Source of the DNA: an uncultured cyanobacterium
Lineage (GTDB): Bacteria > Cyanobacteriota > Cyanobacteriia > PCC-9006 > JAAUQQ01
Length of the DNA stretch: 64,000 bases
Direction of reading: 5' to 3'
Assembly (NCBI GenBank): GCA_963718615.1
Contig: OY970368.1
Coordinates: 2,304,001 to 2,368,000 of the forward strand
Shown: positions 16,523 to 27,440 of the stretch, one piece after another
Layout of the letters: each line of letters opens with the position of its first letter
How positions within the stretch are numbered: the first letter of the stretch is position 1
Position numbers and translations under genes: made by a program
The notes under the pieces: model-generated
Database searches by the model: none
What the model saw: only the letters and a program-made list of their open reading frames with translations
What the model was told of the DNA's origin: nothing

Positions 16523-19027
16523 ATGCGTACCGTTGTGTCTCCCTCCCAGGTTTCCTGGCAAGATCCGCCAGAGCCGATCGCTGCAATGTTGGACCAGCCG
16601 CGATCGCCCGTGGTTTCTTTTTCGCCCGATCGCCAGTGGATTTTAGAACTTTCCCTTGCACCGTTGGTGCCCTTGGTGGCGTTGACGGAACCTAAGGTGG
16701 CGATCGCAGGCATTGAAATCAACCCAATCACCCGTACATCGGCCCACGAAGGCTATTACCAGGGGATGACGCTGAGGCGTTTTCCGGCCCAGGATCAGAG
16801 TCAGGGTCAGAGCCAGGATCAGAGTCAGGATCAGGGAGAATCAGAACTACGGCGGGCGATCGCCCTGCCGTCCGAGGCGCGCATTAGTCATGTTTCTTGG
16901 TCGAGGGATAGTCGCTATATTGCTTTGACATTGACAGAGGCGGAAGGGGTTTCGCTCTGGGTGATCCCGCTGGAAACTGCGCTGGAAACGGGCGAAGCTC
17001 GACGCTTGACCGGGCCGATTCTCAATGGCATCTATGGCAGCCCGTATCGTTGGCTGCCGGGAGAGGCGGGGTTCATTGCCAAGGTCCGTCCCGAAAATCA
17101 GGGTTTCCCGCCCGAAGCGCCCCAAATTCCCCCCGGTCCTATTCTGGAGGAAAACCTAGGGCGGGTGGCTCCGGCGCGAACCTATACCAATCTTTTGGCC
17201 AGTTGCCATGACGAAGCACTGTTTGAATACTATTTTCAATCGGCCTTAGAGCAGATCGATCTAGAGGGTCACCGTAGACAGTTACGAGAACCGGAGCTTT
17301 TACTGAGTGCTCAACCCTCGCCCGATGGCGCTTGGTTATTGGTTCGGACGCTGCAACCGCCCTTTTCCTATCAGGTGCCGTTGCAACGGTTCCCGACGCA
17401 GTACTGGGTGTGCGATCGCCAAGGCCAATCCAAGACGATCATTGCCGAACTCCCCCTAGCCGATGAGATTTCCACCGATTTTGAGGCCGTGCGACCGGGT
17501 CGTCGCTGGGTGAGCTGGCGGGCGGATCATCCGGCGACGCTGTTTTGGCCCGAAGCCCTGGATGAGGGCGATGCCAAACGCCAGGTGCCCTATCGCGATG
17601 CCATTTATCAGCAGGCTGCGCCGTTTACCGCCGACCCCCAACTCCTCTGGAAAACTGAACTGCGATTTCGCGGCATCGCCTGGGGAACAGAACAGCTAGC
17701 CCTGGGCTACGAAGGCTGGTACGACAGTCGCCTTGTGCGGCAATGGTGGCTCCAGCCGGGTGCCGATTGGTCAGACCCCGTCCTGCTGGAGTCCCGCAAT
17801 TTTCAAGATGCCTATGGACATCCCGGCAATCCTCTGACTGCACCGGGTCCCTACGGCTGGTCGACTCTGATTGTGCCGTCAGACGGTCTTGGGTTTTATC
17901 TGGAAGGACGCGGAGCCTCAGCGGCGGGGATTTTTCCGTTTCTCGATCGCGTTTTGCTATCCCAATCCCAAAGCCAGAGCGAACCCCAGAAAAAACAACG
18001 GCTGTGGCAAGCGGAAGGACAGCAGTTTGAGCGTCTTCAACTCTTGCTCGATCGCGATGCGCGACAGTTTATTACCCAGCGGCAATCCCAGACTTCACCT
18101 CCCAATTATGTGTTGCGCGATCGCTTCCCTGCTCAATTTCCCGATCCCGCTCAATCCCCCACGCTGGCCCAATCTCTTTACCCCTTATCCGATCCTCAAC
18201 CCCTAACTCAATTTCACGATCCGCTGCCCTGGTATCGCCAAGTTCATAAGGATCAAATCCGCTATCAGCGCAGCGATGGTTTAGATCTGTCCGGAATGTT
18301 GTACTTACCACCGCAATACCAGCCCGAGCGCGATGGACCCTTGCCGATTTTGCTCTGGGTCTATCCTGAAGAGTACAAAAGTCGAGAAACGGCCAGCCAA
18401 GTCACCGATTCCGAATGGACCTTTAGTCGTCCCAGTGGGTCTTCGGTTCTCTTTTTATTGACCCAGGGCTATGGGGTGTTGCTGGGTCCCAGTATGCCGA
18501 TTCTGGGTGAGGCGGAAACGGAGCCCAATGATAGTTATTTAGAACAACTGGTGGACAATGCCGAAGCTGCGGTGGCGGCTTTAGTCGCTCGGGGGGTTGG
18601 GGATCGCGATCGCCTCGCCATCGGCGGTCATTCCTATGGGGCGTTTACCGCAGCTAACCTCCTGGCCCACAGCCGTCTGTTTCAAGCCGGAATCGCCCGC
18701 AGTGGAGCCTACAACCGCACGCTGACGCCCTTTGGCTTTCAGGGTGAACAACGTCATTTTTGGGAGGCAACGGAGACCTATATTAAAATCTCGCCCTTCA
18801 CCTACGCCGCCCAAATCAAGGCTCCGCTGTTATTAATTCATGGAGCCGCTGACAATAATCCTGGAACCTATCCCCTACAAAGCGAGCGACTGTATGAAGC
18901 CCTGCGAGGTTTGGGCGGGACAGTACGCTGGGTTTCGCTACCCCACGAAGGTCATGGGTATCGCTCCCGCGAGGCGATCGGTCATGTGTTGTGGGAGATG
19001 GTGCGATGGTTAGATCAGTATCTGTAG
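16523..19027 (+). CDS. S9 family peptidase (chloroplast glutamyl endopeptidase-like)
   Basis: ARTYTNLL, GGHSYGAF, ARSGAYNRTLTPFGFQ, DNNPGT and E.HGY motifs. Start uncertain (16433 or 16523). Confidence 0.92.
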   Translation: MRTVVSPSQVSWQDPPEPIAAMLDQPRSPVVSFSPDRQWILELSLAPLVPLVALTEPKVAIAGIEINPITRTSAHEGYYQGMTLRRFPAQDQSQGQSQDQSQDQGESELRRAIALPSEARISHVSWSRDSRYIALTLTEAEGVSLWVIPLETALETGEARRLTGPILNGIYGSPYRWLPGEAGFIAKVRPENQGFPPEAPQIPPGPILEENLGRVAPARTYTNLLASCHDEALFEYYFQSALEQIDLEGHRRQLREPELLLSAQPSPDGAWLLVRTLQPPFSYQVPLQRFPTQYWVCDRQGQSKTIIAELPLADEISTDFEAVRPGRRWVSWRADHPATLFWPEALDEGDAKRQVPYRDAIYQQAAPFTADPQLLWKTELRFRGIAWGTEQLALGYEGWYDSRLVRQWWLQPGADWSDPVLLESRNFQDAYGHPGNPLTAPGPYGWSTLIVPSDGLGFYLEGRGASAAGIFPFLDRVLLSQSQSQSEPQKKQRLWQAEGQQFERLQLLLDRDARQFITQRQSQTSPPNYVLRDRFPAQFPDPAQSPTLAQSLYPLSDPQPLTQFHDPLPWYRQVHKDQIRYQRSDGLDLSGMLYLPPQYQPERDGPLPILLWVYPEEYKSRETASQVTDSEWTFSRPSGSSVLFLLTQGYGVLLGPSMPILGEAETEPNDSYLEQLVDNAEAAVAALVARGVGDRDRLAIGGHSYGAFTAANLLAHSRLFQAGIARSGAYNRTLTPFGFQGEQRHFWEATETYIKISPFTYAAQIKAPLLLIHGAADNNPGTYPLQSERLYEALRGLGGTVRWVSLPHEGHGYRSREAIGHVLWEMVRWLDQYL
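16790..16837. repeat. 12-nt tandem repeat (CAGGATCAGAGT-like x4) encoding QDQS units
   Basis: Seen directly in the sequence. Confidence 0.85.
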
Positions 19028-19062
19028 AATAGAGGCAAGTTCTTCTGCGAAATCTGCCCGCC

Positions 19063-19647
19063 ATGGCTAAGCGCAAAAATGCTAAACACAATCTGAAATG
19101 GGTCAAACACACCCTGGAACTCAGTGAGGATCATCACTGGCAATCCAAGGAGGGTTATAAGGTTTTTGTGGCCGGACGGGGTGCCGTGCGGTTTGATGTC
19201 CCCCAGGCGTGGAAGTTTGAGCCCAAGGAAAAGTCTTTCCGCTTTACCGATGGCGATCCCCCTGATGACAATTGCTGTTTAGAAGTGTCGTATAATTTGC
19301 TGCCTCGGGATGCCAATCTACGAGATTTTCCCTTGAAAGGCATCGTTAAAAAACTGCTTCAAGAGGACACGCGAGAGGCAATTGAGATTAGTGAGGTCTT
19401 CAAACTCAATCGCCAAACGGCTCAGATTTTCTGGGGGCAGATCAAGTTTATTGATCCGGAGGAAAAACGCGAAGCCTATTCTCGTATTTGTGTGGGTTTG
19501 GGGTCTGGGGTTCAGTCTTTGATTACGTTTGAGTATTGGGTTGAAGATGCGGCGCAGTTTGAACCGATTTGGCAAAATGTTTTAGATTCATTGGTTTTGG
19601 GTCTTTACATTCGAGATCCCAGAACGGGCTTGGCCTATCCCGATTAA
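19063..19647 (+). CDS. Hypothetical protein, possible PsbP/Mog1-like fold
   Basis: Clean 194-aa ORF with RFDVPQAW and C-terminal QNVLDSL patterns. Confidence 0.7.
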   Translation: MAKRKNAKHNLKWVKHTLELSEDHHWQSKEGYKVFVAGRGAVRFDVPQAWKFEPKEKSFRFTDGDPPDDNCCLEVSYNLLPRDANLRDFPLKGIVKKLLQEDTREAIEISEVFKLNRQTAQIFWGQIKFIDPEEKREAYSRICVGLGSGVQSLITFEYWVEDAAQFEPIWQNVLDSLVLGLYIRDPRTGLAYPD

Positions 19648-19679
19648 GCGGCTGAAAATGCTGCTGAAGAAGCTCTTGG

Positions 19680-20600
19680 TCAAGCCGTGGTCCCCAGATC
19701 CTGGGCGAGGGCGATCGCCCCCAAGATCCCGGCCTGATTGCCTAGCTGGGGCGGCACAATGTATTGCTCGATCTGCGCTAAGACCGCTGGTACGGCGAGA
19801 TAGCTGGCGAGCATAGCCTGGGCCTGACGGTGGACCTTGGGCCAAATGGGTTGCTGTTGCATCACGCCGCCGCCGAGGATGATGCGCTGGGGAGAGAGGG
19901 TGAAGGTGAAGGTGGCGATCGCCCCCGCCAGATATTGTGCCTCTAGGTCCCAGGCCGGATGATCCGACGGCAGTTGCTCAGCAGACTGTCCCCAGCGAGC
20001 TTGCAGGGCGGTTCCGGAGGCCAGTCCTTCCAAACAGTTTTGGTGAAAGGGACAGCAGCCGGGAAAAGGATCCTGCTCGCGGCTGTGGGGCAATAAAATA
20101 TGGCCCATTTCAGGATGGAGCAATCCATGTAAGGGTTTACCGTTGACGATTGCCCCCCCGCCAATCCCCGTTCCCACGGTGAGATAGATAAACGTATCTA
20201 ATCCTTGGGCTGCACCCCAACGCTGTTCGCCGAGGGCCGCTGCATTCACGTCGGTGTCGAGGGCGATGGGGAGGGATAAATGCTTTTGCAGTTCTCCCAG
20301 CAGATTAATCTGTCGCCAGCCCGGTTTGGGGGTATCGAGCAAGTAACCATAGGTGGAAGAGCGAGGATTGAGATCCAGCGGGCCAAAGCAGCCAATGCCG
20401 AGGGCCTCTAGGGGACCCTGCTGTTGCTGAGCGGTAAAAAACGCCAGGATTTGGGCAAGGGTCTCCCCTGGACTGCGGGTGGGAATGCGGATTTCGGTCA
20501 GCCGAGGGGGGGAGGTGCTGGTAAGCGTGGGGCGATCGCCCTCTCCCACCGCACAAACGATTTTGGTGCCTCCCGCTTCGATCGCACCCCATCGCACCAT
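19680..20600 (-). CDS. ROK family sugar kinase (fructokinase-like)
   Basis: EAGGTK, DTDVNAAA, TVGTGIGG, HPEMGH and CPFH.NCLEG motifs. Confidence 0.92.
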   Translation of the reverse strand: MVRWGAIEAGGTKIVCAVGEGDRPTLTSTSPPRLTEIRIPTRSPGETLAQILAFFTAQQQQGPLEALGIGCFGPLDLNPRSSTYGYLLDTPKPGWRQINLLGELQKHLSLPIALDTDVNAAALGEQRWGAAQGLDTFIYLTVGTGIGGGAIVNGKPLHGLLHPEMGHILLPHSREQDPFPGCCPFHQNCLEGLASGTALQARWGQSAEQLPSDHPAWDLEAQYLAGAIATFTFTLSPQRIILGGGVMQQQPIWPKVHRQAQAMLASYLAVPAVLAQIEQYIVPPQLGNQAGILGAIALAQDLGTTA

Positions 20601-20671
20601 GGCGGTTCTCCTAGTTATGGCGTTCTTCTAGTTATGATAGGGGTGATTGAGGTGAGATTAGGCCCCGAAAT

Positions 20672-21235
20672 TCATGGAATTTGGCATTGCAGGGCTTGCC
20701 AATCCCCTTGGCTCAGCCGATAGAGCACATGGCGTTCGAGCCGGTGGCCGGGGAGCAGGGGATGATCAAAGTCCTCCTGGGGGTTGTGGGTCATGCCGAG
20801 GCGCTCCATGACAGCGCGCGATCGCCAATTGTCCGGCACGGTAAACGAGACAATTTCTGTCAGGCCCAACTGCTCAAATCCGTGTTTTAAGGCACAGCGA
20901 GCGGCTTCCGTGGCATAGCCCTGCCCCCAAAACGGGCGAGCTAACCGCCAGCCCACTTCCACTGCTGGGGTAAAGTGAGCCTCAAATCCAGGAATATTTA
21001 AGCCCACAAACCCGATGAGCTGACCCGTTGCCTGTTCTTCAACGGCCCAAAACCCAAAGCCCCGACGGTTTAAGTTTTGCGCTAGGCGATCGAGCAAGGC
21101 ATCGGACTCGGCCCGAGATAAGATCGCGGGGAAATGGGCCATCACCAGGGGATCCCCATTGAGCTGTGCAAAGGGCTCGCGATCCGCTGGTCGCCAGCTC
21201 CGTAGCCGAAGTCGTTGCGTCGTAAGCGGCAGCAT
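20672..21235 (-). CDS. GNAT N-acetyltransferase (RimJ/RimL family)
   Basis: T.RLRLR, EVGWRL, WGQGYATEAA and N.RSRAVMERLGM motifs. Confidence 0.92.
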   Translation of the reverse strand: MLPLTTQRLRLRSWRPADREPFAQLNGDPLVMAHFPAILSRAESDALLDRLAQNLNRRGFGFWAVEEQATGQLIGFVGLNIPGFEAHFTPAVEVGWRLARPFWGQGYATEAARCALKHGFEQLGLTEIVSFTVPDNWRSRAVMERLGMTHNPQEDFDHPLLPGHRLERHVLYRLSQGDWQALQCQIP

Positions 21236-21334
21236 TCAATACCCTATGGTAATATAGTGAGGGTGAAGTAGACTGTTGTTGATTATTGTTGCTGTCAGAA
21301 TTGTTGTTATCAAAATTGTCCTCCCATTATCGCT

Positions 21335-21784
21335 ATGCCGACTAAAACACCGCAAAAAAAGATTGCCAAAACCAAAACCATCACCAAAACGACCCAAACT
21401 CAAGCAGCTCCGGCGGTTTCTCTAGAAGATTGTGGGATTTCCCGACTTTCTCCTACGGCCTTGAGCTTAATGGCGGACTTTTTTAAGGTGTTGTCTGAGA
21501 CGAGCCGCTTGCAGATTGTCTGTTGCCTAAAATCAGGCTCGAAAAATGTCACGGAAATCATTGACTTAACGGGACTGGGGCAAGCCAATGTTTCCAAGCA
21601 CCTGAAAATGCTGTCCCAGGCAGGTGTTGTCAGCCGTCGTCAAGAGGGCGTCTGTGTGTACTACCAAATCGCCAACCCCTTTATTTTTGAGTTGTGCGAG
21701 TTAGTTTGTGATGCCCTCTCGATTCAGATTGATTTACAAAGCAAGCAGTTTGAAGAGTTGGGTGTCATGCGCCAAGGCCGTTAA
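21335..21784 (+). CDS. ArsR/SmtB family regulator (BigR/SqrR-like)
   Basis: FKVLSE..RLQI, QANVSKHL and ELCELVC motifs. Confidence 0.9.
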   Translation: MPTKTPQKKIAKTKTITKTTQTQAAPAVSLEDCGISRLSPTALSLMADFFKVLSETSRLQIVCCLKSGSKNVTEIIDLTGLGQANVSKHLKMLSQAGVVSRRQEGVCVYYQIANPFIFELCELVCDALSIQIDLQSKQFEELGVMRQGR

Positions 21785-21803
21785 ACCGTTCAAGGGAGCA
21801 TCC

Positions 21804-22574
<771 letters not shown>

Positions 22575-22671
22575 TTACGAGTTTACAGACTGACGATTTT
22601 GCATAGCTGATCATCCATCATCCTTGGTCTTTTCTCAATGGAAATCTCAATGGAAATCTCCATGCAGATCT

Positions 22672-23217
22672 CTAGGCAGAGGCGTCGGTGGAGGAATCGA
22701 GATAGGAATCTAAAGCGGGATCGAAAGACGGATCGGGGGGATGGACCTGGAAGTGGATGATGGCGATCGCATCCAGGGGCGCTTCGTCCGGTGGTAGGGC
22801 TTGAAAGCCTTGGCGCTGATACCATTGCAGCAGCTTGGGATTGTTTTCAATATCCGGTTGATACACGGTCCCTTGGATGGACTGCACCCCCTGGGCCTTG
22901 GCCCAATCCAGCAAGGCTTGGAGTAAACCGGTACCGAGTCCCTGCTGGCGATAGTTAATCGGGCGAGGCTCATAGCCCAACCGTTCCTGGATCCAGCCCC
23001 AGATTCCCTGGCGAGGGGGCGGGCTGACGGCGTTGGCGATCCAAATATCCTTTAGCTCCCAATGGTGGCCCGTTTGGCGTTTGCACTTGACTCCCCCGAT
23101 CAGCGTTGGCGGATCCCAGAGATGCAGTTGGACTTGGTCATCCTGGGTCTCATGGGTGAGGGGATAGGCTTTCCCGCGCAGGTTGTCGAGAGAGTCGGGC
23201 AGCATCAAGCGGGTCAT
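22672..23217 (-). CDS. GNAT family N-acetyltransferase
   Basis: YRQQGLGT.LL acetyl-CoA motif and WYQRQGF. Confidence 0.75.
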   Translation of the reverse strand: MTRLMLPDSLDNLRGKAYPLTHETQDDQVQLHLWDPPTLIGGVKCKRQTGHHWELKDIWIANAVSPPPRQGIWGWIQERLGYEPRPINYRQQGLGTGLLQALLDWAKAQGVQSIQGTVYQPDIENNPKLLQWYQRQGFQALPPDEAPLDAIAIIHFQVHPPDPSFDPALDSYLDSSTDASA

Positions 23218-23313
23218 CCCAGGTAGGTCAATGATTAATCCTCAGTAGTGTAAGGTGCCTTGGGGCTGAAACAAGCTAAAAATGAGAAGTCTTTGATTGA
23301 GAGGGAAAGATCC

Positions 23314-23973
23314 ATGAGTTGTGTCAGCAGCCATCTATTGCGTTCGCTGCCTCAGGCGATCGCCAGACTTGCGGTCGTGGGTGCGGGTTTTGGTGCGATC
23401 GCCCCCGGTTTCATTGCCGCTGCCCAAGCCGAACCCGCCTCGATATTTCGTCCCTATCTTAACGAGATCATTCGCAGCGCCCCGCCGGGCTATCCCATTC
23501 GCTTGCCCAGCCAGGTTTTGCTGGGGGCTCCAGCCCACTTTTCGTCCGATGAATTGACCGTAAAAGTCTTTGCGTCCCAAATTCCCATGAGCCTCACAGT
23601 GGGGCTGTTTGCCTGCGAGCCAGGAACGGCCACCCACCCTTGCTTGGTTGGAACGGTCACCACGGAGCGTAGCAATGATGGGCCTGCGCAAACGGAACTG
23701 TCGCGCCATCGTCTGGTGGGCGATCGCATCACCTTCCGGCCCGGTCTCGCAGGCTACTTGGTGGATGGAAGCCAGCAAACACCCAAGGCTGCGTTCTCTT
23801 CGGTCATGTGGCAGCAGGGTAATGTGATCTACACCGTCAGTTTCCCCGCTGGACAGCGCCAAAATCTCCTGGACATGTCCGCCTCCATGGCCCTGAGCGA
23901 TCCGCTACGGGTCAGCCTGCCGCGATCCATTCCCGCCAGTGTGCCGCCGTCCCAAGGCGCAGCTCAACCCTGA
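23314..23973 (+). CDS. Hypothetical exported protein
   Basis: Signal-peptide-like N-terminus ending AAAQA, then IRLP and VMWQQG..Y. Confidence 0.7.
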   Translation: MSCVSSHLLRSLPQAIARLAVVGAGFGAIAPGFIAAAQAEPASIFRPYLNEIIRSAPPGYPIRLPSQVLLGAPAHFSSDELTVKVFASQIPMSLTVGLFACEPGTATHPCLVGTVTTERSNDGPAQTELSRHRLVGDRITFRPGLAGYLVDGSQQTPKAAFSSVMWQQGNVIYTVSFPAGQRQNLLDMSASMALSDPLRVSLPRSIPASVPPSQGAAQP

Positions 23974-24842
23974 AACCTTTCCAACAGGGGCAAAAAGATG
24001 GTCACAAAGTAATACACCAGGGGCGCGGTAAAGACATAGCTGTCCATGCGATCGAGGATGCCGCCATGGCCTGGAATGATTTGGCCCGAGTCTTTCACCC
24101 CTGCGTCCCGTTTCATAATTGACTCTGTGAGATCACCCAGCAGGCTGGTAATGCCGATCAGCAGACCCAGGACCGCCCCGGAAAAGGGTGCGCCAGCCCA
24201 ATCCAGCAGGAGCGTCCCGGCTCCGCCCACTAAAATGCTGGCCCCAAATCCAGACAGTGCGCCCTCGACGGTTTTCTTTGGGCTAATGGTGGAGAGCTTG
24301 GTGCGGCCAATGAGTTTGCCCAAGAAATAGGCGGCAATGTCCGAGGCGGCAACGCAAGCAATCCCCAACAACAGGGCTAGGAGGCCAACGGGCAGGTGTT
24401 GGATTCCCGGCCAAGGCCAGGGCCAGTAGCCATCTAGGGGAAGATTATGGTGATCAAAGAGCCCCATGCGCCGAAGTCGCACCCAGTAACCGGGTAAAAA
24501 GCCACAGTAAAAAAGACCCAATATCGAGCTGGAGATGTCCGCGATCGAGGCCAGTTTGGGTTGGAACAACAAATAAAAACAGATGAAGGTTCCTGCGACG
24601 GCGAAGATGGGTTCCGCGAATTCTGGAGCCAAATAGGACGTGAGAATCAGCCCCTGACTCACCACTAGCGTTGTTTTCGCTGCGGGGGCAATGCCCTTGG
24701 CTCGCACCAAGCTAAAAAATTCTTGCTGACCCAAATACACCAGGGCAGCGATCGCCAGCGTAAAGTACCAACCACCTAAAAGGCCGAGTCCAAGCGCGAG
24801 GGAAATCACGATGGCCCCACTGAGGATGCGAATCCAGGGCAT
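23964..24842 (-). CDS. cdsA: Phosphatidate cytidylyltransferase
   Basis: SPKKTVEG and GDLTES.MKRDAGVKDSG.IPGHGGILDR.D motifs. Confidence 0.95.
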   Translation of the reverse strand: MPWIRILSGAIVISLALGLGLLGGWYFTLAIAALVYLGQQEFFSLVRAKGIAPAAKTTLVVSQGLILTSYLAPEFAEPIFAVAGTFICFYLLFQPKLASIADISSSILGLFYCGFLPGYWVRLRRMGLFDHHNLPLDGYWPWPWPGIQHLPVGLLALLLGIACVAASDIAAYFLGKLIGRTKLSTISPKKTVEGALSGFGASILVGGAGTLLLDWAGAPFSGAVLGLLIGITSLLGDLTESIMKRDAGVKDSGQIIPGHGGILDRMDSYVFTAPLVYYFVTIFLPLLERFQG

Positions 24843-24957
24843 AGACCAATAAAAAAATGGCAATTTTGTAAAGCTTGCAAGATTACTTTTACACAATCTC
24901 CCGCATCGTTCATCGCCCATGCGCGATTTATTAAGATTGCTAACGTGAGTCTTAGGT

Positions 24958-25560
24958 TTATCCCAGTTTTTCTCCGCTTAGGATAAAGATCGGGTCAACT
25001 GCGCTGAAGCTTTGGCGAGCGCCCCGGCGCTCTAAGCGATTAATCGACGACTGGACAATCTCGATGTTGCGGGCTTGTAACTCCGCCAGAGATTCAGAAA
25101 TGGCGTACAGCCCCTCTAAATTCGTGGTGGTTGCGACCATGCGCCCCCCTGGGTTGAGGTGGGGCCAGGCGGCGGCGAGGGTATCCTTGAGCGGTTTTCC
25201 GCCTTCCACGATGATGCAGTCGGGTTCCGGCTGTAGTCCGGCAAGACAGTCTGGAGCGCTGCCTTCCACCACGGTGACATTTTCAACGCCAAAGAGTTGA
25301 CAGTTGCGGCGAATCAACTGGGCCACCTCCTCATCCCGTTCAACCGCGACAATCGTGCCCTGGGGACAGAGAAACCCCACTTCGATGGGAATCGTGCCAG
25401 TGCCTGCGCCAATATCCCAGAGGACGCCATCGGCCTTGAGATAGAGATGAGCCAAAATCAACACACGGATTTCGCGCTTGGTTAGGGGAATCCCCGGCAG
25501 GCGCTCAAATCGCTCGTCAGGGATACCGGGGGTGCTATAGGGCCAGTGGGGAACAGACAT
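24958..25560 (-). CDS. cbiT: Precorrin-6Y C5,15-methyltransferase (decarboxylating) subunit CbiT
   Basis: GIPDE.F, TKREIR, WDIGAGTG and GSAPD motifs. Confidence 0.92.
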   Translation of the reverse strand: MSVPHWPYSTPGIPDERFERLPGIPLTKREIRVLILAHLYLKADGVLWDIGAGTGTIPIEVGFLCPQGTIVAVERDEEVAQLIRRNCQLFGVENVTVVEGSAPDCLAGLQPEPDCIIVEGGKPLKDTLAAAWPHLNPGGRMVATTTNLEGLYAISESLAELQARNIEIVQSSINRLERRGARQSFSAVDPIFILSGEKLG

Positions 25561-25603
25561 TCGCGATCGCTAGCGTTTTGAGCCAGCGTTTTAATCTAGC
25601 GTT

Positions 25604-27148
25604 TCAATCTAGAGCATTATGCCGACTCGCGGGGCTTTCCGTCGCGAGGGCGATGACGTTGAGGGTTGCCAAACTTGGATCGCTACAGCCGCTCATCCAA
25701 CCGCCACTGGCTTTAATCTGCTGGAGATAGGCGATCGCCGCTGCGGTAATCCGCTCCCCCGGCAGCAGGACTGGAATACCAGGAGGATAGGGACAAACGG
25801 TTTCCGCACTCATGTGACCCAAGGTTGCCTCAAAGGGTAGAGGCATGGCGGGTTGGAAAAAGGCTTGGCGGGGCGAGAGGGCAAGGGGCGGGGCGACCGG
25901 GAGGGGAAATGCGGCAAGGGGCGGAGCCGTCTGGGGTTGAGGTGAGTCGGATCGATACAGTTCAGATTGACACAGTTCGGATTGACACCGTAAGGCTTGG
26001 CTGGCTTGGATGAGGCGATCGCAGTCCGCTGCCGTGGTACCAAGACTGAGGAGAAACGTCAGATGCCGCAGGCTAGGGAGCTCGGCAATGACGCCGTGGG
26101 TTTGGTTAAAGCGGTCATCGACATCAAAGCCCGTCAGGCCCAGGCCCGAAACATCGAGGGTGATGCGGGTGGGGTCAAGGGCGGCAAACCCCGGCTGGGG
26201 CTGAGGCAGTTCAAAGACGCGAAGACCAGGGATGGCGTGGAGGCGATCGCGGGTGGTTTTCGCCAGCGCTAGGGTTTGGCTGAGCAGGTCCGTCCCCTGC
26301 TGGGCCATCTGAGCACGGGTGGCGTCGAGGGAGGCAAGCAGTAAATAGCTGGGGCTGGTGCTCTGGATGAGTTGTAGGGCCTGGGAGAGGCGATCGCCAT
26401 CCACAAGGCTACCCCGCAGATGAACCATCGCGGCTTGGGTAAGGCCAGAGAGGACTTTGTGGGTGGACTGGATGCTCAAATCTGCGCCTTGACTGAGGGC
26501 GCTGGGGGGCAGGTCGGGATGAAAGCCAAAGTGGGGACCGTGGGCTTCATCGACGAGGAGCGGAATTTGGCGGGCGTGGCAAAGGGGGGCGATCGCCGCC
26601 AGATCCGCACAAATCCCTTCATAGGTGGGAGAAACGAGCAAAACGGCTTTGATGTCAGGGTACTGCTCCAAGGCAGTGGCCAGGGTGCTAGGGGTAATGC
26701 TACCGACTAAACCCGAGACCGCCTCTCGTTCTGGGGTGAGAAAAACAGGCACCGCCCCGCTGAGAATCAGTCCCGAGATTGCAGACCGGTGAACGGTGCG
26801 GGGCAGCAAAATTCGATCGCCGGGGCCGCAGGTGGCCAAGATCCCAGCAATCACGCCCGCCGTGGAGCCATTGACGGAAAACCAGGTGCGATCAGCCCCA
26901 AAGGTCTCAGCTGCCAGGGCTTGAGCCGATTGAATCACCCCCTCTGGCGCAAATAGATTGTCTAACCCCGGCAATTCAGGCAAATCAGCGGCAAAGACTG
27001 AATCCCCCCAGGCCCTGAGGAGCGGTGACCAGAGCGATCGCCCCTTGTGCCCCGGTGTATGAAAGGGGGCCGTTGAGCGCTGGGCCTCGGTGAGCAACTG
27101 CGTCAACAGCGGCGTGGGATCAATCTCACCAAAGTGGGGATCAGTCAA
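25604..27148 (-). CDS. Orn/Lys/Arg decarboxylase family PLP enzyme
   Basis: FHTPGHKG, VNGST, DEAHG, QSTHK, STSPSY and PYPPGIP motifs. Confidence 0.92.
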   Translation of the reverse strand: MTDPHFGEIDPTPLLTQLLTEAQRSTAPFHTPGHKGRSLWSPLLRAWGDSVFAADLPELPGLDNLFAPEGVIQSAQALAAETFGADRTWFSVNGSTAGVIAGILATCGPGDRILLPRTVHRSAISGLILSGAVPVFLTPEREAVSGLVGSITPSTLATALEQYPDIKAVLLVSPTYEGICADLAAIAPLCHARQIPLLVDEAHGPHFGFHPDLPPSALSQGADLSIQSTHKVLSGLTQAAMVHLRGSLVDGDRLSQALQLIQSTSPSYLLLASLDATRAQMAQQGTDLLSQTLALAKTTRDRLHAIPGLRVFELPQPQPGFAALDPTRITLDVSGLGLTGFDVDDRFNQTHGVIAELPSLRHLTFLLSLGTTAADCDRLIQASQALRCQSELCQSELYRSDSPQPQTAPPLAAFPLPVAPPLALSPRQAFFQPAMPLPFEATLGHMSAETVCPYPPGIPVLLPGERITAAAIAYLQQIKASGGWMSGCSDPSLATLNVIALATESPASRHNALD

Positions 27149-27440
27149 TGGTTTCTTCTCGAAAAGTTAAGGATTGTATAGAGTTTCTTACACTATAGTG
27201 AAGAAGTGATGACAAATTGTAAGCCATACCGAAAGCGCCTAAATCGCCTTTGAATCGACGTTTGAGCCATTGATCCGGTTTAGCATGGGCCTAAAACGCG
27301 AACCAGAGTCGCAAATCTGTAGGGCTCTGAGGGTAGGAAGCGTTTCCCTCACTTGACAATGGCTTGTGGATAGTAGCTTTTGAACAATGGCTTTTGTGAC
27401 GCCAAAGGCAGGATAAATGCCAGGAGTTGAATGAGGGGAA

